A stretch of DNA of 20,000 nt, taken from the IMG/VR virus record IMGVR_UViG_3300037963_002079; one strand, 5' to 3'. Source of the stretch: an uncultured virus (IMG/VR IMGVR_UViG_3300037963_002079). Its lineage: Duplodnaviria; Heunggongvirae; Uroviricota; Caudoviricetes. Each line of letters begins with the position of its first letter. Within the stretch, counting starts at the first letter, position 1. Of this stretch, positions 9,044 to 16,391 are shown one piece after another. The position numbers and the translations under genes were made by a program. The notes under the pieces are model-generated. The model had not been told where the DNA came from, searched no databases, and saw only the letters and a program-made list of their open reading frames with translations.

Positions 9044-10042
9044 CTACTCGCTCATGAACGCTTTTGGGTCAAAACCTTTACTTTTCGGTTGATAAGTATT
9101 TCGGCTTCTTCCCGTGTTAAGGCTTGGCGATTGTATTTTGTCCATAAGACTCTTACTACCCTCGTTACGACCTTGTGAACGAAGAATGTCTTTAATTTGG
9201 TCTTTGTATAACATAAACATGGCCACATCTGCAACATTGGCATGGTCTGACCATAATTCTTTTGACATACTATTAACAGCAAATCTGTACGCTTCTTCTT
9301 TCTGTTGTTTCGTTATTTTCCCGCCCATAAACCTGTCCATATTTTTAAATTGTTTTTGCAATCCTTTTCTAGCTTCCTGAACTCTTCTATTTTGTTCTTC
9401 CTTAGTTTGTTTTGTTTCTCTTACTAAATCTTGTCTTTGTTGTTTTATAGCGTTTTTAATGGTTCTTTTGATTTCTCTACCTTTTAAAGCAATCATACCA
9501 TTTTTCATCATTTTGTCTACAGTGTCATCTATTTCGTCATCTGTTAGACCATCTGCTTTTAGTTCTTCTATAACTAAATCTTTGTTTGAGAAAGACAAAT
9601 AAGTTTCTAATGTTCTTATTTGTTCGTTTGAAACTTCTTCAGTTTGTGGTTCCTCTTGTTTATTGTTAAGAGCGTTAAGACTTTCTCTTATCTCATCTTT
9701 TGAAGCTCCTTCCATTCCGAGTTGTTTTGAAACTAAGTCCCAATTAATTTCATCTCCTGATTCATTAGTCTCTTCTGTACCGTCCCAGTTATAAGTTTCT
9801 TCTTCTACTTCTGATTCTTCTTTTTCTTTTTTTTCCCAAGACCATCCGTCTTCTTCTTCTTCTTCTGTTTCTACAGATTCATCTGTAGTTTCTGTTGTTG
9901 TTTCCGTAGCTATTGGACCAACTTCTCCTGTTGGTTCGTCTTGTGTAAAAGCTAGTGGATTAAACTTGTTTAAATCGTTTTCTTCTGTAGCAGGCGTATC
10001 ATTTACAACCTCTTCTACTAATTTTGAATTTTCTTCTGACAT
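9044..10042 (-). CDS. Acidic scaffold-like protein between portal and MCP
   Basis: 332 aa with an E/T-rich low-complexity N-terminal half and a helical/coiled-coil C-terminal half, in the conserved position of crAss-like head modules. Confidence 0.65.
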   Translation of the reverse strand: MSEENSKLVEEVVNDTPATEENDLNKFNPLAFTQDEPTGEVGPIATETTTETTDESVETEEEEEDGWSWEKKEKEESEVEEETYNWDGTEETNESGDEINWDLVSKQLGMEGASKDEIRESLNALNNKQEEPQTEEVSNEQIRTLETYLSFSNKDLVIEELKADGLTDDEIDDTVDKMMKNGMIALKGREIKRTIKNAIKQQRQDLVRETKQTKEEQNRRVQEARKGLQKQFKNMDRFMGGKITKQQKEEAYRFAVNSMSKELWSDHANVADVAMFMLYKDQIKDILRSQGRNEGSKSLMDKIQSPSLNTGRSRNTYQPKSKGFDPKAFMSE

Positions 10043-10069
10043 ATTATTTTATTTTTTGTTCCCTATCTG

Positions 10070-10077
10070 CAAATATA
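10070..10077 (-). promoter_or_regulatory. Bacteroidota-type -7 promoter box (TATATTTG)
   Basis: Minus strand TTTGTATATTTGCA immediately after the portal stop and upstream of the scaffold/MCP genes. Confidence 0.6.
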
Positions 10078-10081
10078 CAAA

Positions 10082-12343
10082 TTAATTTACATTTTTTTCT
10101 TTTGCTCTTATAATATCTTGTATTGATGGTTTTTCACTAGGTGGACCTTGACTCTCCGCTGACTTAGAAGCAGCTTCTTTTCTCATGTCTGCCTCTACGT
10201 CACTATCATGCATATCACGCTTGTCATCTGACGACATACGAGCAACTTCTAATCTAGACTCAGCTCCGATTTCCGCCACTCTTATCTTAGCTTCATTATC
10301 TATCTGTTTCAATTGAGCTTCTCTTTCAAACTTTTGTTGTTCCATTTGTTCTTGCATTTGCATTTGTTGCATTGCTTGTTGTTGTTGTTGTGCAGCTTGT
10401 TCTTTTATTTGGTCCATACCTTTTTCTAAAACTTTTTCAGCTTCAGTCATTGTATCAGCTTTAATAACTTTTAATATATTTAAGAAATCTATTTGACCTG
10501 ATTGTAAAGCTGATTGTGCTAATTGTTGTACCACTTGTTTCATAGCGTCATCTTTACCACTGTCTCCAACATATACACCATAATCCTGTAAAGCAATATC
10601 AGGCATTACACTGATAAATTTATACGCACCATCTCCTAATATTAAAGCTGCTTTCTTTCCGTCCGCCCAAGCAATCTTCATATAGTTTGCTAGTCTTTCT
10701 AAAACTCTTTGTTTTACTTCTGCATGTGAATAGAACCATGACTCTGTTATAGTAGAAGATTGTACTACACTTCTTTGTACATTACCTACATATTCATATT
10801 GACCTACAGCACCTTCTCTTTGTCTTGTAACACCAGATAACTGACCAGCCATATCCTCTAACATAATTTTTAAATTAATTAGTTGTTGTACAGATTGTGA
10901 TAATGTAAAATCGACTTGTTGAAACTGATTAAATGAACTTACTTGTCCTCCTTCGTCTTTAGAGTTGATTGGTATAATACCATCTGTTTTTAAATGATAC
11001 AATACAGTCTGCATGTCCATACCTACATTGGTTGGTATTTGTGAAGTATCGTATACCACAGCTTTACCACCTGAACGAGCCATAGCTAATTCTATTTGAT
11101 ATATAACTATATTATATAACATCTGTGTATTGTGTAATAAATCTACCATAGATGTATTTGTACCAGTTGTGTTTCCATATATACACCCTACATATGATAG
11201 TGGTGTTCTACCTGGGTCATCAACTGACCTTACTTGATTATCTCTACGTTTTGCTTTTGTTAAGATTTTACCACCAATTTTTGTAGCTTCCCAAATGTCA
11301 TCCACCCATTTTATTTCTATTTCTTCTCCCTTTCTTTTTCTGTATGTATCCTTTACCATTTTTCTAAATGGTCTGTCTGGGTCATATTTGTTAGGTGACA
11401 CCTTAAACTTAATAGCTCTAAGTGATTTCCATTCACATGTTACTACACGTATACGATTTTCTCTACCTCTAGAACTGTCTATCCACATAAACTGTGTGTT
11501 ATAGTCATCTAGGTCTTGTCCATACGCGTGTCTCATTTCGTCTATTAACCTTAAGTCTTCTTCTGACAAGAATTGTTTGTATTCATCAGCTATTTCGTTT
11601 GCAGATAAAAATCTCTCTTCACCCACCCAAGCTGCATCATCTATATAATCTGAATGTACACTTGAATCGTATATTATAGCTCTTGGGTCTATCCTACGCG
11701 CGTGTGGGTCTCCATTTAGTATCTCTACTTTGTAAAACTCCTTACCTGTTACAAGTAAATCTCTAAAACCTTCTTTAAACTTATCTTTTAAGTTGTATCT
11801 ATTTAACACATATTCCAAACCATCCTGTGCAACTTCTTCTACCATTTCTCGGTAGTTATATTTCATAAATGTATCTATATCATCAGGAACTGGCATACCT
11901 TGTCCTTCGTCAGTAATTGGAGCTCCATAATTCTCTTCAAACTCTTTGTGTATATCCTGTAATAAATTTTTCATTTTCAAAGCTACCTTGTAATCTAGTT
12001 TTCTAACTACAGCTTCTTTATTGACAGTAGAGACTTTCATGTCTATAGGTCTTTTAAGGTCTTCACCTACCAATAAGTCAATCTTTGGCGTAATAATAGG
12101 ATAATTAACCAGTCTAGCTGGATAGGTTAATCCATACTGTTCTGTTATATATGTATAGTCGTCTTGGTTTATTTGACCATTATAAATACTATAATTTTTA
12201 ATGTCTTTAGTTCTAGAACTTTCATATGGACTTTCTCCATATGTCATATAACTTATGACCGCCTCTAGAACTCTATTACACCATTCGTCATTTTTTTCTT
12301 TTTCAGAAACCATCATAGATGGAAAACTAGTATTGTATGCCAT
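10082..12343 (-). CDS. Portal protein
   Basis: 753 aa. NYPIITPKIDLLVGE, FRDLLVTG, WEATKIG and SGVTRQREG plus a Q-rich C-terminal coiled coil. Directly follows TerL. Confidence 0.9.
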   Translation of the reverse strand: MAYNTSFPSMMVSEKEKNDEWCNRVLEAVISYMTYGESPYESSRTKDIKNYSIYNGQINQDDYTYITEQYGLTYPARLVNYPIITPKIDLLVGEDLKRPIDMKVSTVNKEAVVRKLDYKVALKMKNLLQDIHKEFEENYGAPITDEGQGMPVPDDIDTFMKYNYREMVEEVAQDGLEYVLNRYNLKDKFKEGFRDLLVTGKEFYKVEILNGDPHARRIDPRAIIYDSSVHSDYIDDAAWVGEERFLSANEIADEYKQFLSEEDLRLIDEMRHAYGQDLDDYNTQFMWIDSSRGRENRIRVVTCEWKSLRAIKFKVSPNKYDPDRPFRKMVKDTYRKRKGEEIEIKWVDDIWEATKIGGKILTKAKRRDNQVRSVDDPGRTPLSYVGCIYGNTTGTNTSMVDLLHNTQMLYNIVIYQIELAMARSGGKAVVYDTSQIPTNVGMDMQTVLYHLKTDGIIPINSKDEGGQVSSFNQFQQVDFTLSQSVQQLINLKIMLEDMAGQLSGVTRQREGAVGQYEYVGNVQRSVVQSSTITESWFYSHAEVKQRVLERLANYMKIAWADGKKAALILGDGAYKFISVMPDIALQDYGVYVGDSGKDDAMKQVVQQLAQSALQSGQIDFLNILKVIKADTMTEAEKVLEKGMDQIKEQAAQQQQQAMQQMQMQEQMEQQKFEREAQLKQIDNEAKIRVAEIGAESRLEVARMSSDDKRDMHDSDVEADMRKEAASKSAESQGPPSEKPSIQDIIRAKEKNVN

Positions 12344-12344
12344 T

Positions 12345-14162
12345 TTAATTCATTTTTATTGGTATGCCGTTTCTACCACGTTTATAATATTTCAATCCTA
12401 TATCTATTACTTCTTCTTTTTCATGTACTCTCATTCTAAAGTTGTCTATATTATGTATTAGACATATACCAAAAGCCATAGCTCGGTCAGTATTTTGTAA
12501 ACCATAATTTGCCAACTCATCTATCAAATCTAAAAACCATATGTCTCTCACATTTTCTCTAATGTAATCATCTATCAAATCTTCCAACAAACTCTTAACC
12601 TGTTTATTCATATGGACACCATATTGGTTTCTTGTCCTAGAATTAGGGTTGTGAGCTGACTTAGGTTTTTCTTTCAAATATTTCAACGCGTTCATACGTT
12701 TAAAGTAATCTAAAATACCTATCTTTGTATATTCAACTAACATCTTAGCATTATAATACACAGCTAACTTTAAACAACCGTCCCAAAAATCTTCTTTTTT
12801 AGGCGGTCTATCAGTATATTCAGCTACCACGTAATCACTTGGTATATTTGTATTTGCAAATCTACGATAAATTATTGCACTTCCCAAAGAATTTGACGCT
12901 CCAGCGGTATCTTGGTCGTAAGAATCGACTCCACCAATGTCAATTCCCTCGTATTCTGTCATTGGGTGAGCTAAAATTTTGTATGGACCCTCTGGGTGTG
13001 GTTTCCATTTTACTTTCATTTCTCCACTATCTGTAAACACCCAATCTAAATATCCGTTTTGTATTTGACTTGTATAGTCTTTACTACTTAGTATTCTACT
13101 TCTTTGTGCATTTAACAATGATATATCAAACCTACTTTGTTTAGTATTCAAAAAAGCTTCTTGTATAGTTAATGGATAGTTTTGTATATGTAGATTGTAA
13201 GCTTCATTATCACCAGATTGTCTAATATTTTCTCTTTCTTCTTGTAATGTTTCTTCAGCTCCAATGACATCTTCTACACCTGTTTCTACATCAAAGAAAC
13301 CATAGTAGGCTTTTGAAGCTGGTATAAACATAGGTATTAAATTATAGGCGTCATGACTATAATACATATCCATAAAATCTTTAGACGCTCTTGATATATC
13401 ACCTCCAGTACCTCCAATTATCGGTACACCAAACTGTACATTACCATCCATAAAACATGCCTTAGACGACATGTATGCATTTTTCAAATGTTTAAACTCT
13501 CCAGCTTCTTCGAATACCATTAATGACAAACGCTCTCCCTTAAATACTTCTGGATTATCCATCGTTCTGCATATAACTGTGGACTGGTAACCACCAATCT
13601 CCCACTTACCATCTTTGTTTTTCTGTTTATAGCCCGAACGTAATATACCATCTGTATCCTTTAGTACTGAGTGTTTGAAATTAGGATGAATACCATTCAA
13701 CCCTTTTTTAGTCTTATCAAAAAATGCGTCAGCAGTGGCCTGCAAACCTGCCGCTACACCAATATCATTGTATGGAAAGAAAGTATACTCATGAGCTACC
13801 ATACCAGAGTTCATATAAGAAAACCCTTTATCTCTGGCTTTAATAATAATCATACCCTTTCCTTCCTCTTTACAAGTTTCAAAAAGGTTAAAATACTCTC
13901 TATCCATTTCCCTGTACCATGGATGTATTAATGACTTTCTTCCACCTTTGGAACCGTCATTACCCAATATATAATAAAAATTCAGGTAGAAGTAATACTT
14001 ACCTGAAATAGCTGGCATACCTTTTGGTTTAAAACCATTTATACACCTATCTTGTTGTTCAGACCACCATTCCTGGTATTGAACTGAGTTTTCGTCTAAA
14101 TCTGGAAAACCGTTGTTTGGAATTGGCCTGTACCTTTGTGGATTAAATTTAATTTTACCCAT
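12345..14162 (-). CDS. terL: Terminase large subunit
   Basis: 605 aa. Walker A-like KARDKGFS, Walker B LMVFEEAG, coupling motif GTGG, and RNase H-like nuclease motifs GGVDSYDQD and DRAMA. Confidence 0.93.
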   Translation of the reverse strand: MGKIKFNPQRYRPIPNNGFPDLDENSVQYQEWWSEQQDRCINGFKPKGMPAISGKYYFYLNFYYILGNDGSKGGRKSLIHPWYREMDREYFNLFETCKEEGKGMIIIKARDKGFSYMNSGMVAHEYTFFPYNDIGVAAGLQATADAFFDKTKKGLNGIHPNFKHSVLKDTDGILRSGYKQKNKDGKWEIGGYQSTVICRTMDNPEVFKGERLSLMVFEEAGEFKHLKNAYMSSKACFMDGNVQFGVPIIGGTGGDISRASKDFMDMYYSHDAYNLIPMFIPASKAYYGFFDVETGVEDVIGAEETLQEERENIRQSGDNEAYNLHIQNYPLTIQEAFLNTKQSRFDISLLNAQRSRILSSKDYTSQIQNGYLDWVFTDSGEMKVKWKPHPEGPYKILAHPMTEYEGIDIGGVDSYDQDTAGASNSLGSAIIYRRFANTNIPSDYVVAEYTDRPPKKEDFWDGCLKLAVYYNAKMLVEYTKIGILDYFKRMNALKYLKEKPKSAHNPNSRTRNQYGVHMNKQVKSLLEDLIDDYIRENVRDIWFLDLIDELANYGLQNTDRAMAFGICLIHNIDNFRMRVHEKEEVIDIGLKYYKRGRNGIPIKMN

Positions 14163-14430
14163 ACCTTAACTTTCTTGGTTTGTCAAAACCAAAAACATTT
14201 TTGTTACTTAATTTATTTTGCTCCTTTGTTTCGTACCAATTTCTTAAATCTAATTGATACTGTTTTAAACTATAATCATTATACTTATTTGCCTTTTCTA
14301 AATTCCCTGTAGTATAATGTTTTTTAAACTGTGACTTTAAATAGGTTACAATTCTTTTTTTATCTTTACCTTTTATAGATATATCTTGTTCTTTAAACTG
14401 TATTGGTTTTCTGACACTTTTCTTAAACAT
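14155..14430 (-). CDS. Hypothetical basic protein
   Basis: 91 aa, K-rich, overlaps both neighbours by 8 nt, suggesting translational coupling. Confidence 0.6.
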   Translation of the reverse strand: MFKKSVRKPIQFKEQDISIKGKDKKRIVTYLKSQFKKHYTTGNLEKANKYNDYSLKQYQLDLRNWYETKEQNKLSNKNVFGFDKPRKLRYG

Positions 14431-14755
14431 GTTGTTCTTTTAATCTAAACATTCTACCCTGACAACAACACATTCCATTTGGTTTTACGTTACCTCTGTA
14501 TCTCATGCCATGTGCAGCTTTTTTTGTTTTTTTGTATCTAGAAACTCTACCTTTTTTATTTTTTTCTTTTTTTGCTCTAGCTTTTTCAGATGGTGATAAT
14601 TCTGACCATGTAGCAGGTGTATCTTTGCTTATACGTTTAGTTGGCCTAAAAGTATTTTCACCTCCAGAATAATCTTTCTTACCTCTAGGTGTTCTCCAAT
14701 CTTCCTTAAACCATCTTTTTAATCTAAGTCCAGCTTTTGTTTTTCTTACAGCCAT
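14423..14755 (-). CDS. Small basic protein (LKRWFKEDW / RPTKRISKDTP motif type)
   Basis: 110 aa, K/R-rich, contains AAHGMR and a CCC triplet, ends EQHV. Confidence 0.7.
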   Translation of the reverse strand: MAVRKTKAGLRLKRWFKEDWRTPRGKKDYSGGENTFRPTKRISKDTPATWSELSPSEKARAKKEKNKKGRVSRYKKTKKAAHGMRYRGNVKPNGMCCCQGRMFRLKEQHV

Positions 14756-15103
14756 AATTAATCGTGTTGTGGGTTATTTCTAAAATGCACTTTACCTCCT
14801 TTATTCCATTTCTTTACTGCTTTTGCAAAATCTGAACCAGGAGGAAAATTTTTTTTAACTGTAGTTTTTATACCTTTTTTTACATCTCTTTTAACGTCTC
14901 TATAAACTCTTTTTCCTTCTTTGAGTCCTCCTTTTAAACTTTTCATAGCGCTATCAAAACTTCCCATTTCAAGATTTGAAAAAAGTCCATGTTCTTTCCA
15001 ATTGTAAGGTTTTCCACTTACGTGACTATACCCTTTTTCAGAAAATGATTTTTTCTTTTTCTTTTTCTTTTTCTTTCCGTCACTCATAATTAATCGTGTT
15101 GTG
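14753..15103. repeat. Exact 19-nt direct repeat CATAATTAATCGTGTTGTG at 14753-14771 and 15085-15103
   Basis: Read directly from the sequence. On the minus strand each copy encodes Q-H-D-stop, then TT and the next ATG. Confidence 0.9.
14758..15087 (-). CDS. Lysine-rich protein with C-terminal QHD tag
   Basis: 109 aa, poly-K N-terminus, ends WNKGGKVHFRNNPQHD. Confidence 0.7.
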   Translation of the reverse strand: MSDGKKKKKKKKKSFSEKGYSHVSGKPYNWKEHGLFSNLEMGSFDSAMKSLKGGLKEGKRVYRDVKRDVKKGIKTTVKKNFPPGSDFAKAVKKWNKGGKVHFRNNPQHD

Positions 15104-15278
15104 AGTAGAATACTCCTCCAGATTTATATTTCATTCCTTTTGCTCCTTTCTTTTTGGATTTGTTCCCCCAATTTGCAGCTCCTACTTTACGGCATTTGGC
15201 CATAGCTCCACTTCTATAAGCAGATGTTTTAGGTCCATAACGAGCTACTACTTTATGATAACAAGCATCTTTTGGCAT
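15090..15278 (-). CDS. Small basic protein (KDACYHKV / KCRKVGAANWGNKS motif type) with C-terminal QHD tag
   Basis: 62 aa, ends GAKGMKYKSGGVFYSQHD. Confidence 0.72.
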   Translation of the reverse strand: MPKDACYHKVVARYGPKTSAYRSGAMAKCRKVGAANWGNKSKKKGAKGMKYKSGGVFYSQHD

Positions 15279-15448
15279 TATTTTTTCTTTTTAGATTTAT
15301 GTACTTTTTGTATATCAAAACTGGCGGACAAACTTCCACCAGGGTGTTTTTTGAATCCACCCGCAGGGTTTTTCATTAATTTGTAGGTATTGTTACCTTT
15401 TTTCATCCAGTGAAATCCAGCTGGTGCTTTAACAGTTTTTCTTGCCAT
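15278..15448 (-). CDS. Small basic protein, 56 aa (not in the ORF track)
   Basis: MARKTVKAPAGFHWMKKGNNTYKLMKNPAGGFKKHPGGSLSASFDIQKVHKSKKKK*. Fills the gap exactly, and its TAA overlaps the next ATG (TAATG). Confidence 0.75.
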   Translation of the reverse strand: MARKTVKAPAGFHWMKKGNNTYKLMKNPAGGFKKHPGGSLSASFDIQKVHKSKKKK

Positions 15449-15449
15449 T

Positions 15450-15980
15450 TTATAATTCTTTAATTTTTTTTCTATTTTCTAAGAAAGACAATCCTTTGTC
15501 TCCCGCAATTTTTTGTCTTTCTCCTCTTCTTTCTATAGCGTCAAGTAATGCTTGTCTAGTTTTTAATATTTTTTCTACACCAATCATTAACTTCTGCAAC
15601 ATTTCTGCGTTCTCATCATTCAAGAAGGTATTATTAATAAGATTTGTGAACTCGTTTATTTTTTTATTAAACGCAATTAATTGTTCGTCTAATGGGTCAA
15701 ACTGTAGTTCTTTATACTTATTTATAGCTGATTTCATTTCAGGTTTATTTGCACCCGACCAACTATAAGTATCGTACAAATCTTTTGATACTACCTTTAT
15801 TCTTTCATTTTCTATGTAGTGTCTGTATGGACTTTCGTAGTCAAATACAAGAGCTATCCACTTCATAGCTGTTTGTCCTAATTTTTCAGTGTCTAACACT
15901 TTTTTAAATTCTGGTATTAAAACAATTCCAGAATCGTCTTTATAAATATCTCCCTTTTTATTAATTTGTAATAAATACAT
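15450..15980 (-). CDS. Putative terminase small subunit (conserved crAss-like gene upstream of TerL)
   Basis: 176 aa, helical. IPEFKKV, WIALVFDYESPY and AINKYKELQFDP resemble the conserved pre-TerL gene. The TerS function is inferred. Confidence 0.55.
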   Translation of the reverse strand: MYLLQINKKGDIYKDDSGIVLIPEFKKVLDTEKLGQTAMKWIALVFDYESPYRHYIENERIKVVSKDLYDTYSWSGANKPEMKSAINKYKELQFDPLDEQLIAFNKKINEFTNLINNTFLNDENAEMLQKLMIGVEKILKTRQALLDAIERRGERQKIAGDKGLSFLENRKKIKEL

Positions 15981-16243
15981 TATATTGTTACGTGTAATAA
16001 TTTAAATGTATTTTTATACAAATATTTTACAGTTTTCTTACCATACAATAAATCTAATTCAAGGTGTGGATTTTTGTATGTTGATATAGAATTGTCTAAA
16101 TATATAAAGTTATTTTCTTCAATTCTATCTATAATTTTATCCACTTCTTGCATTAGTTTATCTAATTGTTTGTAGTTCTTTTCTAGATAAAAAAATTCAC
16201 CTTCCTTAACTATCCTTCCGTACTTTTCATTTATTATGTTCAT
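15980..16243 (-). CDS. Hypothetical protein
   Basis: 87 aa, TAATG overlap with the next gene. Confidence 0.6.
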   Translation of the reverse strand: MNIINEKYGRIVKEGEFFYLEKNYKQLDKLMQEVDKIIDRIEENNFIYLDNSISTYKNPHLELDLLYGKKTVKYLYKNTFKLLHVTI

Positions 16244-16247
16244 ACTA

Positions 16248-16255
16248 CAAAGATA
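16248..16255 (-). promoter_or_regulatory. Bacteroidota-type -7 promoter box (TATCTTTG)
   Basis: TTATCTTTGTAG, identical to the 12-mer at 18752-18763, only 4 nt before ATG 16243. Confidence 0.55.
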
Positions 16256-16270
16256 ATAATAATTTTTTGT

Positions 16271-16301
16271 AAAAAGAAAAACCCCTCAAAAAATAAGGGG
16301 T
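16271..16301 (-). terminator. Rho-independent terminator
   Basis: Minus strand ACCCCT-TATTTTTTG-AGGGGT followed by TTTTCTTTTT. Confidence 0.7.
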
Positions 16302-16342
16302 CCTCCAAAACAAGTATGAAAACATGGAAAATAAAGAAGTTG

Positions 16343-16350
16343 CAAAATTA
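16343..16350 (-). promoter_or_regulatory. Bacteroidota-type -7 promoter box (TAATTTTG) with no downstream ORF before the terminator
   Basis: Minus strand TTTGTAATTTTGCA, nearly identical to the boxes at 4713 and 10070. Confidence 0.5.
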
Positions 16351-16391
16351 CAAAAATTTTTTGTATTTCACACAAATAATCTTAAACTTTA

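Noticed and set aside
9052..9282. Alternative-frame ORF inside the scaffold gene as a programmed frameshift product
   Set aside because: No convincing slippery site or protein features. Likely a chance ORF.
12345..14162. Intein or intron in TerL, portal or MCP
   Set aside because: The ORFs are continuous, of ordinary length, and show no intein splice or homing-endonuclease motifs.
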